Of a stretch of 64,000 nucleotides of DNA, positions 41,061 to 50,838 are shown in pieces. Location: contig CAVQGX010000014.1 of the NCBI GenBank assembly GCA_963712115.1, positions 1 through 64,000 of the forward strand, written 5' to 3'. The notes beneath the pieces were generated by a model that was not told where the DNA came from, did no database searches, and saw only the letters and a list, made by a program, of their open reading frames with translations. How positions within the stretch are numbered: the stretch's first letter is position 1; every line of letters begins with the position of its first letter. Made by a program: the position numbers and the translations under genes. This stretch comes from an uncultured delta proteobacterium (GTDB lineage Bacteria > Desulfobacterota > Syntrophobacteria > BM002).

Positions 41061-41246
41061 ATGACCCATACATGCCCTCGCTGCAATAGAAAGTTCTCAG
41101 AGGATAAACCCCCGATGTTTATCGCCGCTGGTAAAGCAATTTATTTTTTCTGTTGCATTCGATGCCGAGACAAATGGGTGTACCCCAGTGATTCAAGATT
41201 GAATTTGGAGCAGAATCAGTCTGATATTCAACGGGATTTTTCGTGA
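41061..41246 (+). CDS. Small Zn-finger (TRASH/YHS-like) protein
   Basis: GGAGG RBS; CPRC ... FFCCIRC. Confidence 0.6.
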   Translation: MTHTCPRCNRKFSEDKPPMFIAAGKAIYFFCCIRCRDKWVYPSDSRLNLEQNQSDIQRDFS

Positions 41247-41264
41247 TTCACCGTGGTTGTCTCT

Positions 41265-41526
41265 TAACCCGGATGTTTCATGAATGGCCTGCTGCGACCG
41301 TGGATACGACCGTCCTTCTCTCCGAGCTGTAGGCTCTACGAGCCGGAAGCCTGGAGTCCTCGGGTGTTCCTTCGATAAGGGAACTTGTCCTGAGCGTAGC
41401 GAAGGAGGACAAGCTCACCCTGCGACGTACTGTTCAAGTACGCCTCGGGTCCAACCCCCTGCGGTTTCCCGGTGGCACAGTCTTCTCCAGGGTCTCGCGA
41501 CGGCAATTCATGAAACAGCCGGGTTA
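41265..41526. mobile_element. MITE-like element carrying nested palindromes
   Basis: TIR TAACCCGGATGTTTCATGAAT / ATTCATGAAACAGCCGGGTTA. Confidence 0.75.
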
Positions 41527-41535
41527 GGCGAAATT

Positions 41536-41790
41536 ATGAATCAACGCCTGAGTGACAAATGTGGAGATTGTGTCTGGTGGTATGAAGGGCCTCTTTTGTG
41601 CGAAGGTTGCCCTAACAATCCAGCATCCGAGACAATGAAACTGCATTGTTCACAGTGTGAAAAGAACCTAGTTGTGGGCGATTCTTGTGAGATAGCCTTC
41701 GAAAATGACCGCTTTCACTTGTTCTGTAGCAAGGGGTGCAAAGAAAAGTGGGAGGAACTTAGGACCTCGAAACAGGAATGTCCGACCTAA
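41536..41790 (+). CDS. Small Cys-rich (TRASH-like) protein
   Basis: CGDC..CEGC, CSQC..FCSKGC; ATG 41536 lies just after the MITE. Confidence 0.55.
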   Translation: MNQRLSDKCGDCVWWYEGPLLCEGCPNNPASETMKLHCSQCEKNLVVGDSCEIAFENDRFHLFCSKGCKEKWEELRTSKQECPT

Positions 41791-41994
41791 GCACTAGTTC
41801 TCTTACTCCCATCTCATGCAAAGGCAGAAAACCGGCACAAAACTTGCTGACTCGATTTATCCGGATACTCACTCTCCTTTTCAAAACCGAAAACATCCAG
41901 TTCAATTTCAGTAGTTTTTTGGCTCAGTAAGGTCGCTTGAGCCTGCTTGAGGACAGAGCTGGGAGCTAACAATTGCAAGCTTAGTGGTAAGCTT

Positions 41995-42345
41995 ATGGAT
42001 ACATCTATGGTAACCTTTAAGCGACAATGCAACAGATTCAATGGTAATTGGCCTGTTGTTGTCCTGACCGCTCACGGTGCTCTAGTAGCAGAGACATCCA
42101 ATATTAGCCCTCAAGGGGCCTATATCGCTTGTGAAAAGCCGCTGCCCTCGAAAACAGAATTGAGACTTTTCATTATGTTTTCCAACGGCCGCTACGTTGA
42201 GATACTCGCCAAGGTGATTTGGTCCTATCCCTACGGATCTACTGTTGACAATAGCCCTTGTGGGATGGGCGTTCAATTTACTAGAGTTGCTGATGCGGAC
42301 CGAGAGTTCATCTCCTCTCTGTCATCGGGGTACCTCAAATTTTAG
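41995..42345 (+). CDS. PilZ-domain protein
   Basis: KRQCNR, NISPQG, GMGVQF. Confidence 0.8.
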   Translation: MDTSMVTFKRQCNRFNGNWPVVVLTAHGALVAETSNISPQGAYIACEKPLPSKTELRLFIMFSNGRYVEILAKVIWSYPYGSTVDNSPCGMGVQFTRVADADREFISSLSSGYLKF

Positions 42346-42472
42346 TCTGCAAACGATTTACTAGTATCTAATAATCCCATTACCTCGATCGAATCTCTCC
42401 TCCCATGATGCGATGCGCATTAGTTCTTAATCCCTGAGGTTGGCATCGCCGAGCTTGAAGTTCAGATACTTT

Positions 42473-42560
42473 ACCCTAATATTGCAAATCCAGACCGGCA
42501 AAACCCGCTGCGCGAGCCCTGTTGAATAAGGTTCCCTTCGGGAAATTCAACAGGGCTCGC
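42473..42560. repeat. Truncated CCCTAAT(A/G)TTGCA MITE end with an inserted CCTGTTGAAT/ATTCAACAGG hairpin
   Basis: Alignment to the 18700 and 45320 copies shows a 43-nt insert at about 42514..42556. Confidence 0.7.
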
Positions 42561-42660
42561 TGGTTCAGTTCAAAATAGGAGTTTTCTTGCATATATTCTC
42601 ATTCTTTTCGATGTGTTCAATAAACTCTAGGTTGTAATCTGTGAAAGGAGGCAGGATGCC

Positions 42661-43647
42661 ATGAAGAAGGGACTTGTAGGATTTATTGTTGTTATTTTTC
42701 TCGTCATTACCATAGCAAGTGTCGGTTTTGCACAAGATATGGGTATCATTACAGGAGGCCAGAAAGGAACTTATTATCAGTTTGGTTTAAATTTGGCAGA
42801 ACTGGTCAAAAGAAATGGAATTAGCCTTAATGTCTACAATTCAAGCGGTTCGGTAGAAAACGTTTATGCGGTTTACAGGAAACCCCGCACCCAGTTAGGA
42901 ATTGTACAGGCGGATGTACTGGCCTTTGTCGCAAAGGTTCAGACCGATCCGGTTTTGAAAAGAATCGCGAAAAAAATCAAAATGGTTTTTCCACTTTACA
43001 ATGAAGAGATACATCTGCTTGGCCGAAGAGAAATAACGGACTTTGATGATTTGGCTGATAAGAGGGTGGCCATTGGGAAAGAAGGAAGCGGCACCTATCT
43101 TACAGTGAGACTCTTATTCGAAATTTCAGATGTAACTCCGCGGGAAATGGTCGCCATTGGAACTGACGACGCCTTGGTGCAACTGAAGGAAGGAAAGATC
43201 GACGCAATGTTCTATGTGGCTGGTTTGCCTGTCAAATTATTTGCAGAAAACGTTTCAGAGGGAGACGGGCTTGGCCTAATCCCAATTATGAACAAAAGCA
43301 TTTTGGAATTTTACCCCAGAACCGAGATTCCGGCGAATACATACACCTGGCAAAATGAATCGGTAAGTACCGTTGCAGTTAAAGCCGTACTTGTTTCGTT
43401 CGATTTTAGGAGAAATCATTGTGAAAATGTGGGGAAACTTGCTCGAATTCTTGACGATAATCTGGACTGGCTTAGAGAGAATGGACATCCAAAATGGAAA
43501 TTCGTCGAGCTAGATTACCCTCTCAAAGGGTGGGAGCAATACGATTGTGTGAAAAAACATCTTAAGCCATCCCAGCGGGCTAGCGGGGAAAAAAACCAAC
43601 TAATCAACCCGGTTTTGGAGGCGATAAAAGAAATGTTCGGTGAGTAG
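42661..43647 (+). CDS. TAXI-family TRAP solute-binding protein
   Basis: Signal peptide; TGGQKGTYY.FG, SGSVEN, LYNEEIH, G..GSGT. Confidence 0.88.
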   Translation: MKKGLVGFIVVIFLVITIASVGFAQDMGIITGGQKGTYYQFGLNLAELVKRNGISLNVYNSSGSVENVYAVYRKPRTQLGIVQADVLAFVAKVQTDPVLKRIAKKIKMVFPLYNEEIHLLGRREITDFDDLADKRVAIGKEGSGTYLTVRLLFEISDVTPREMVAIGTDDALVQLKEGKIDAMFYVAGLPVKLFAENVSEGDGLGLIPIMNKSILEFYPRTEIPANTYTWQNESVSTVAVKAVLVSFDFRRNHCENVGKLARILDDNLDWLRENGHPKWKFVELDYPLKGWEQYDCVKKHLKPSQRASGEKNQLINPVLEAIKEMFGE

Positions 43648-43770
43648 AATTCTTTCCGCTTCCCAGATAAGCGGTAATAATCTTTAAGCCTACAAATCCG
43701 TCATTTCTGTGACGTCGGTCTCTCAGTGTTAGAATATGTCCACTGTCATCCTTTACAGAGATGGGCATAA

Positions 43771-45315
43771 ATGTATCTTTCTCACTATAATTTAAAAGAG
43801 AAACCTTTTCAAATAAGTACAGACCCGAGATTTCTGTGGCTCGGAGAGAAACACAGAGAGGCCTTGGCGGCTCTGAAATACGGAATTTTGTATAATGACG
43901 GTTACATACTTGTAACAGGGGACGTTGGCACAGGAAAAACCACGCTGGCGAACGCCCTAATTGATAGCCTTTCTAATCAAACAGTTTACGCAAAGGTTGC
44001 CGATCCTGGTGTTGAAATTCTCGACTTTTTTAGATTCATCAGTGACGCTTACGGTATAGACAAAGATTTTGATAGCAAAGGCTCCTTCCTTAAACATTTC
44101 AATTCTTTTCTCCGTAATTCTTTTTCTGAAGGAAAAAGAGTAGTACTTATCATCGATGAAGCTCAGAGAATAAGTCCTGAACTTTTAGAAGAATTACGGC
44201 ACCTATCGAACATTGAAGAGAATGGCACAAGGATTCTGAATCTCGTTTTTGTTGGGCAGAATGAATTTAATGATATTTTGTTGGAGGATGCAAACAGAGC
44301 TCTAAGGCAAAGAATAACTATTAATTACGACATTGCACCCCTGACAGAGGATGAGACCAGAGATTATATTTCGCATCGCCTCAAGCTAGCTGGATTAGAA
44401 AAAAATATTTTTTGCTCAGACGCAATTCACGAAATCTTTCTCTTCTCTGACGGTATCCCCCGTTTAATCAATGTGATTTGTGACCTAGCTCTCTTAAGTG
44501 GGTATTTGGATAATGCAGATACAGTAGAAGAAGAGATTATTAAAGAATGTGCAGAACAACTTCGTCTACCTAATGAGAAAACTAAATTGGGTTGGGAAAA
44601 GCGAGAGTCTTTACCTGAAATTGAAAAGGAAAACATAGAGGATACAGAAGAGAAAATCGCATCAAAGTTTGTCAGTGAAAGCAGGACGAAACCTTTGCGC
44701 ACTAAAATAATCTCAGTTGCGCTTCTTGCTCTCATTTTAATTGTCTTTGGGTATGTTTACTTTTTGTATGAAAATCGTGTGCCTCAGAACTCAACTACAC
44801 TTAAGGAATTTAGCGAACAGGCGAAGGAGGAAAGCAGCAGGGATCTGGGTAACAACAATGTTTTCAAATATGACGGTGCAGCAGCCACACCAGTGACCAA
44901 GTCGTCGCTTGCTATTGAAAAACTGGAGCATTTAGAAAGTCAGCTTAAGGATTTAGATTCCTCGTTGGAAAAAAAAGATTCGAGCACGCTACAGCAAATT
45001 AGTAATCCCAATGTGGTAAATGTTACCAGGATGAAATCTGAAACTATGAATGACAATAGCACTGGAAAGTCGCCGGCCTCTCTTAAAAAGGACTTTATAG
45101 AATTTTTGCGAAAGGAAAGCAGATTCCATGAAATAGAAAAAGGAATAGCAGGGGGGGAAAGCACTAATTTGGCCAGTGGAGATGAAAAAGCAATTGAGGC
45201 CAACAAGGACAGCTCTCGAGATTCGCGACAGGAAAATCCGGAAAAAGAAGCAGAATCACCAGATCCCACAGAAGTAATCGACTGGCTTCTTAATGAGCAC
45301 TCAGGAAGTAAATAG
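43771..45315 (+). CDS. ExeA/GspA-type AAA ATPase with TM segment and low-complexity tail
   Basis: Close paralog of 39159; GDVGTGKT, IIDEAQ, LRQRI, GIPRLINVICD. Confidence 0.9.
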   Translation: MYLSHYNLKEKPFQISTDPRFLWLGEKHREALAALKYGILYNDGYILVTGDVGTGKTTLANALIDSLSNQTVYAKVADPGVEILDFFRFISDAYGIDKDFDSKGSFLKHFNSFLRNSFSEGKRVVLIIDEAQRISPELLEELRHLSNIEENGTRILNLVFVGQNEFNDILLEDANRALRQRITINYDIAPLTEDETRDYISHRLKLAGLEKNIFCSDAIHEIFLFSDGIPRLINVICDLALLSGYLDNADTVEEEIIKECAEQLRLPNEKTKLGWEKRESLPEIEKENIEDTEEKIASKFVSESRTKPLRTKIISVALLALILIVFGYVYFLYENRVPQNSTTLKEFSEQAKEESSRDLGNNNVFKYDGAAATPVTKSSLAIEKLEHLESQLKDLDSSLEKKDSSTLQQISNPNVVNVTRMKSETMNDNSTGKSPASLKKDFIEFLRKESRFHEIEKGIAGGESTNLASGDEKAIEANKDSSRDSRQENPEKEAESPDPTEVIDWLLNEHSGSK

Positions 45316-45319
45316 GTAA

Positions 45320-45516
45320 TCCCTAATGTTGCAAACCCACACCAGCAAAAATCGCTTCGCTCGCGTGATAGTCCCGCTTCAGCGGGACGCCCGTGCTCGG
45401 CTCAGACACGATCTCACGTACGGTCAAGTACTGTTCATCTTGTCCGAGCCTGCGCGCGATCACATCTGGATAGCTCTGACGCGTTTTTTCTCGACGTGGG
45501 TCTGCAACATTAGGGT
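45320..45516. mobile_element. MITE-like element, TIR CCCTAATGTTGCA family
   Basis: CCCTAATGTTGCAAACCCAC ... GTGGGTCTGCAACATTAGGG. Confidence 0.75.
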
Positions 45517-45702
45517 AAATTTTAGACAAGTGAGCATTAAGGGATCTCCATTCCGCTCCCACCCCTCCATGCTTTCCATCTAATAGAAAAAATGAAATTT
45601 TTTCCAGTTTCACGGTAAATTTCTACTCACCATCCTAAATTCAATTTCCCGTTGTTTTTGTTAAGCACTTGAGATATCAGAATATATACTCTTTAATCAC
45701 TT

Positions 45703-45812
45703 TGGCATAGCGTTTGCTCTCCTAGTCACCGACCTCCTTTCTGCATATTGTTCCTCGCCACCTCTCCTTAGTCCCCATCGATTATGGCCTCGATCGATGG
45801 GGCTTTTCTTTT
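45703..45812 (+). ncRNA. Candidate sigma54-dependent sRNA 1 (promoter included)
   Basis: TGGCATAGCGTTTGC, then ~85 nt C/U-rich with no ORF, ending in hairpin CCCCATCGAT..ATCGATGGGG plus T-tract. Confidence 0.45.
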
Positions 45813-45907
45813 GTCTCAACTCGCTATCTTCGAAGGTACAGTTTTTGCAGAACTAGAAAGCTCATGAGCTTGTACCCATTATGACCATAATCTAGTAAAG
45901 GGGCGAC

Positions 45908-46078
45908 ATGAAAGAAGACAAACAACTTCCACACTGCCCGCATTGCAAGGGCTTATTGACTTCAGATGTATCAAGGGGGTGGTGTGAGAGAGAATGGTCT
46001 GACTATTACTGCCACTACTGCCAACAGGACTTCTTTGAAGATCATATAGCTGATAGCCAGAGTTCTCCTTCTGTCTAG
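45908..46078 (+). CDS. 56-aa Zn-ribbon protein (below the ORF-track cutoff)
   Basis: AAGGGG RBS; CPHC ... CHYC. Confidence 0.55.
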   Translation: MKEDKQLPHCPHCKGLLTSDVSRGWCEREWSDYYCHYCQQDFFEDHIADSQSSPSV

Positions 46079-46128
46079 TCGGACATTTTTCAAAAAAAGC
46101 TAGGGAGTTTTAGCTCTGCTTTTTTTGT

Positions 46129-46232
46129 TGGCATTGGGTTTGCGTTGGTGATTCCGTGGGGTGAGCGCAGGGTTCATCCCGTTGGTGTGCGGATGCCCCC
46201 ATCGGCATTGGGTCGGTGGGGGCTTTCTTTTT
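46129..46232 (+). ncRNA. Candidate sigma54-dependent sRNA 2 (promoter included)
   Basis: TGGCATTGGGTTTGC, then ~80 nt ending in GCCCCCATCG..CGGTGGGGGC plus T-tract. Confidence 0.4.
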
Positions 46233-46469
46233 CCCCTTACATGCTTTCCGCCTGATATTCTAAATGATGATTCTCCGTTCGATTGACAAAGTATAGCCTT
46301 ATATGAAATAAGACGCTTGCGCTGTTTATTAATCCTTTCAATTGGTATGTCAATTTGGTCAAGATTGCCCCAACTGATTCACCTCTCTTCATTCCCAAAA
46401 CCAACTTGAAGTTAGGCATTATTGCTCTGGGTCGCTTCCAGTGTTTCATTCCGGGTGGGAAGTTAGATT

Positions 46470-46865
46470 ATGCAAAAAGAGAAACGAAAGCATCCAAGAA
46501 TCGAAGTGGGATGGCCCGTTACAATGATGACCACGGAGGGCAATATAAAAAGTCCGAGCCGTTTAGATTTAAAAGCAGCTAAGCGTAGGCCTTTTGATGG
46601 CAAAATAGAGAACATCAGTGCTGACGGTGCTTATATTCGCTGTGAGACGCAGCTATTTCAAAATGCCCTTTTTCTCATGGGTATTTCGGGTTTAGAACGA
46701 AAGCCTTTGTGGATGGGGGCGGAAGTAGTCCGGACAGAAGTCACCTTCACCCCTGATTTGAGGCCAGCCCAAATTGGCATGGGAGTTCGTTTCACTACTA
46801 TCTCTAAAAAAGATCGCCAATTCCTTGCCGATATGGTCTCGGAGCATATCAAGCAAGAGTACTAG
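46470..46865 (+). CDS. PilZ-domain protein with a 16-aa in-frame insertion
   Basis: EKRKHPR, NISADG, GMGVRF. Confidence 0.85.
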   Translation: MQKEKRKHPRIEVGWPVTMMTTEGNIKSPSRLDLKAAKRRPFDGKIENISADGAYIRCETQLFQNALFLMGISGLERKPLWMGAEVVRTEVTFTPDLRPAQIGMGVRFTTISKKDRQFLADMVSEHIKQEY

Positions 46866-46945
46866 AAAGAATCCTCTCCGGCTCTGCTGTTTTTAAATTT
46901 TATTTCCGCATTGGAGAGATCAAAAAATTGCCTCATTGACAAATC

Positions 46946-46961
46946 TGGCATAGGCTTTGCT
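46946..46961 (+). promoter_or_regulatory. Sigma54 -24/-12 promoter
   Basis: TGGCATAGGCTTTGCT, upstream of 47085. Confidence 0.55.
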
Positions 46962-47084
46962 GCAGCCCTGTGATGCCAGGTTCCACTCGAGTTTATTTGG
47001 GTACGGCCCATCTAACCAGGCGTTTTTTTAAATCATCAACATGCAGCAGATAAAACCTGGTAATACTCTCCTAAAGGAATAGTC

Positions 47085-48071
47085 ATGTGGCAGACTTTTG
47101 TGAGAAAGATATCTAAGCCAAACATAAACTTAGCGTCAATAAATTGGGAGCTAGACAAGAGACGGATATGGGCCATTACTCGCTCACTTTTAGAAAATAA
47201 CATCTATAAGTATAAAAGGTTCGGAGGAAAAAGGAAAAGTCATTGGCCTTTATTTGTGCGTCTAGCCCTTGTTTTTGGCTTTATTCTAAAAACATTTAAA
47301 TTGTATAAAAGAGGATGTGATAATGCTAAGAATATTATAGTTAAAAATATTGTTATCAACTTTACTGATCTTCCTAAATCTTTTGATTCATATAGAATTC
47401 TTCATCTTACTGACTTGCACCTCAATTCTATTGAAGGGATTGAAGATATTATCTGTAATAAAATAAAAAAATTGGAATATGATCTCTGCGTGATGACCGG
47501 AGATTACCGGGACAGAATAGATGGTGGTTTTAAACATATCTTAAATCCCATGAAGAAAATTACATCAAAAATAAGAGCTAAGGACGGAATTCTGGCCACC
47601 TTAGGTAATCATGATACTTATTTAATGATACAGCATCTGGAAGAAATGGATGTTAGAATACTTGCGAATGAAACGATCGTGATTCGCAGAAGTAGAGAAA
47701 AGCTAGCTGTGACTGGCATAGACGATCCTCATTATTACTACACCGATCAAGCGGTCAGTTCTCTTGAGGAGGAGATTAATGAATTCAAAATCGTCTTGGC
47801 TCACTCTCCTGAGCTGTACGATTTAGCAGCTGATAATGGATACAAACTATACCTATGCGGACATACCCATGGAGGACAAATTTGTCTTCCCGGGGGGATT
47901 CCAATCTTTACTCATCTTTACAGTAGAAGAAGATTCTATCGGGGTTTATGGTGTTATGCTGATATGAAAGGGTACACCAGTCAGGGGTGTGGAGCTTCGG
48001 CCATCCCAATTAGGTTTAATACTCAGGGTGAGATCGCACTAATTACCTTGAAGAAAAAGTATTCTGAGTAG
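47085..48071 (+). CDS. Metallophosphoesterase (YkuE-like)
   Basis: DLH, TGD, GNHD, LAHSP, GHTHGGQ. Confidence 0.9.
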   Translation: MWQTFVRKISKPNINLASINWELDKRRIWAITRSLLENNIYKYKRFGGKRKSHWPLFVRLALVFGFILKTFKLYKRGCDNAKNIIVKNIVINFTDLPKSFDSYRILHLTDLHLNSIEGIEDIICNKIKKLEYDLCVMTGDYRDRIDGGFKHILNPMKKITSKIRAKDGILATLGNHDTYLMIQHLEEMDVRILANETIVIRRSREKLAVTGIDDPHYYYTDQAVSSLEEEINEFKIVLAHSPELYDLAADNGYKLYLCGHTHGGQICLPGGIPIFTHLYSRRRFYRGLWCYADMKGYTSQGCGASAIPIRFNTQGEIALITLKKKYSE

Positions 48072-48430
48072 TACTGCACCTCAAAATGAAGATCACTCAT
48101 TAGTAAATAAACTCTCTCACCCTATTTAGGGGAGTGTACGTTACATATTTTACACTTTTGCTGTTCAAAATCTACCATAACACCTTGGTTGTGGAGCTAT
48201 GCATTTTTCAAAGAATACTATGGAGCTTCGGTTCCGCTTGTTTATAGTCTCAATATCTTGTGGCAAATTAAATTTGAGCCAAGTGTGAAGGATATGAACT
48301 CTTATATTGAAACTCTGGGAGTTTAAATGTGTCATCACTGTTTGCTTTTTTGCTAATTTCTCTCTTCCTTTTTATCCACGTCACTGTGATCCCATACCGG
48401 TTATTTCTTGCCCGAAAGCACATTATTTTT

Positions 48431-49327
48431 GGTAATTGTAAAAGTTTTGCCACTAGATTAAGCTAGTGGTATGGACTTGGTAGCCATTCAAAAGCTTGTT
48501 ATAACAGAAGAAAAATCCAGGAGATTTTTTCTCAAGTTTCGGTGGAAAAACTACCGAAAAATCTGCCCACGATGCCATGGCAGAAATGTAGTTAACGTAC
48601 GCAGAAAACGTCTTCTTTGTCTTGGCTGTCGTTACGAGTTTGGTCACTTCACCGGAACATACCTCGGCTCGCTTCGGATCGGGTTCAGGAAATGGCTCCT
48701 GCTTATCAAAGTGTTCGAGCTGGAGGCCTCTGCCAGAAGAGCAGCTCGCGAAGTGGGGATTTCCTATCCCACTGCACTTAAAGGGTTTCATACCATCCGC
48801 ACAGCGATCCTGGCCCAAGACAAGGACTCTCACTTGCTCAAAGGGGAAGTGGAAGCTGATGAGGCCTATTTCGGCGGTCGTCGAAAAGGAAAACGAGGTC
48901 GTGGTGCTGCAGGGAAGGTCCCCGTCTTTGGTATTCTGGAGAGGGCAGGCAAGGTTACCGTTGAGGTTGTTCCTGACGTCAAAGCAGAGACGCTGCTGGA
49001 GTTGACGGTGAAGAAGGTGCGCCGGGGCTCTATCGTTTACACTGACAAATTCAAAGGGTACGATAGTCTTATGTTTTGTGGATTTAGACATCTCAAAGTC
49101 GATCATGGAAAACGGTTTGCCAGAGGCAAGGTCTACATCAATGGCCTAGAGGGGTTTTGGAGCTATGCTAAAGAGCGGTTGATCAAATTTCACGGCGTAT
49201 CCAAACACAACTTCCCCCTCTATCTCAAAGAACTCGAGTTCAGGTACAATCACCGCAAAGATGAAAATATTATCCAAACCATCGTTAACTACCTGACTAC
49301 ACCCGTGGCAGATCTTTTATAATTACC
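48431..49327 (+). mobile_element. IS1595-family insertion sequence, intact
   Basis: 23-bp imperfect TIRs GGTAATT(G/A)TAAAAG..TGCCAC; perfect 8-bp TSD TTATTTTT. Confidence 0.95.
48471..49322 (+). CDS. IS1595-family transposase
   Basis: CPRC..CLGC Zn ribbon, EADEAYFGG, YTD, INGLEGFWS, YLKELEFRYN. Confidence 0.95.
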   Translation: MDLVAIQKLVITEEKSRRFFLKFRWKNYRKICPRCHGRNVVNVRRKRLLCLGCRYEFGHFTGTYLGSLRIGFRKWLLLIKVFELEASARRAAREVGISYPTALKGFHTIRTAILAQDKDSHLLKGEVEADEAYFGGRRKGKRGRGAAGKVPVFGILERAGKVTVEVVPDVKAETLLELTVKKVRRGSIVYTDKFKGYDSLMFCGFRHLKVDHGKRFARGKVYINGLEGFWSYAKERLIKFHGVSKHNFPLYLKELEFRYNHRKDENIIQTIVNYLTTPVADLL

Positions 49328-49400
49328 TTATTTTTTATACTTAAGCTTATAGTTTTTGTCTCTCCCGCCGGTCTGGGATTCTAATCTGGGGAAACAAGAC

Positions 49401-50662
49401 TGACCTGACCCCCTTACACCGGTCCAGGTTTTGTGAGAGAATCATAGTGCAGCCTGGAGAAATGCATAAGGAGGTCAGAATGAGCCGGAAACGATTTAAA
49501 ACTGAGCAGATCATCAGAATGCTGCGAGAGGCTGAGGTTGGTCTTTCTCAAGGGATGAAGATCAGAGATATCTGCAGAGGTCTTGGGATATCTGAGCAGA
49601 CTTACTATCGCTGGCGCAGAGAATACGGTGGCTTGAAAGTATCGCAAGTCAAACGGTTTAAGGAACTTGAGAAAGAAAATTCACGTTTGAAGAAAGCTGT
49701 TGCCGAGTTAACCTTAGACAAGTTGATTCTCAAGGAGGCGCTTGAGGGAAACTACTAAGCCCCGCCCGGCGCCGGCGATGCGTTGCATATGTTCAGGGAA
49801 AACTTGGCATATCGGAAAGGCGAGCATGCCGGGTTATCGGGCAGCCGCGGTCAACCCAGAGACACAATCCGGTTGTCAAAGGTGACGAGGAGGCTCTAAC
49901 AGCCGACATTATCAGGCTGGCCAGTCGATATGGTCGCTACGGTTATCGTCGGATCACGGCCCTGTTGAGACGGGAGGGCTGGAGGGTCAATCACAAGCGG
50001 GTACAACGCATCTGGCGGCAGGAGGGGCTTAAGGTTCCACAAAAACAACCTAAACGGGGCAGGTTGTGGCTTCATGATGGGTCCTGCATGAGGCTTCGGC
50101 CTACACACAGAAACCACGTCTGGTCATATGATTTTCTTATGGATCGTACCCATGATGGGCGCTCCATTAAGATACTGACTGTGATCGATGAGTTCAGCCG
50201 TGAGTGTTTGGCTATTTTGGCTGACCGAAACATAAGAGCCGATGATGTACTCCATTGCCTGACGGATCTTTTTATAGAGCATGGAGTACCGGAGCACATA
50301 CGCTCAGATAACGGTCCTGAGTTCACGGCCAAAGCGGTACGCGATTGGCTTGCTCGAATAGGTGTAAAGACTCTTTTCATTGAGCCTGGTAGTCCGTGGG
50401 AGAATGGCTATAATGAAAGCTTTAACGGTAAACTTAGAGATGAGTTACTCAATGGGGAGGTCTTCTACACCCTAAAAGAAGCCCAGGTGCTGATAGAAAA
50501 GTGGCGGCAAGAATACAACACCTTAAGGCCACACAGTGCTTTGCAGTACAAACCACCGGCACCTGAAGCAATAAAACCGCGACTCCTAGATTCAACTTGG
50601 TTGCAGATTAAAACGGATAACACTCTAACTCTAAAGGTGGTACATTAATTGGGGGCAGGTCA
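49401..50662 (+). mobile_element. IS3-family insertion sequence (IS407-like)
   Basis: Ends TGACCTGACCCCC / GGGGGCAGGTCA; orfA/orfB with GGGAAAC slippery site; no TSD visible. Confidence 0.92.
49480..50648 (+). CDS. IS3 transposase OrfAB (programmed -1 frameshift near 49750)
   Basis: OrfA HTH (to 49758); Orf[25 protein letters not shown]. Confidence 0.92.
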
Positions 50663-50743
50663 TGGTTTTATCTCGGTTAATTCATAGCAAATTTTTAATC
50701 ACACCTAACGAATGAATTGCAAATGCTTCTCAGTCTTTCAGCT

Positions 50744-50759
50744 GGGCATTCCAATTGCA
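50744..50759 (+). promoter_or_regulatory. Sigma54 -24/-12 promoter
   Basis: GGGCATTCCAATTGCA about 80 nt upstream of 50839. Confidence 0.55.
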
Positions 50760-50838
50760 ATGGTAATATCTTGAAATATCTCAGCAATGCAACAAAAAGG
50801 GCAGTGGCGAAAATGACTAAGATACTTGGATTAACGCA

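Noticed and set aside
41284-41535. N-terminal half of the 168-aa ORF 41284..41790
   Set aside because: It is read through a MITE; the plausible gene starts at 41536.
48453-49106. Long antisense ORFs in IS1595, IS630, metK and the dehydrogenase
   Set aside because: Shadow frames of well-supported genes on the opposite strand.
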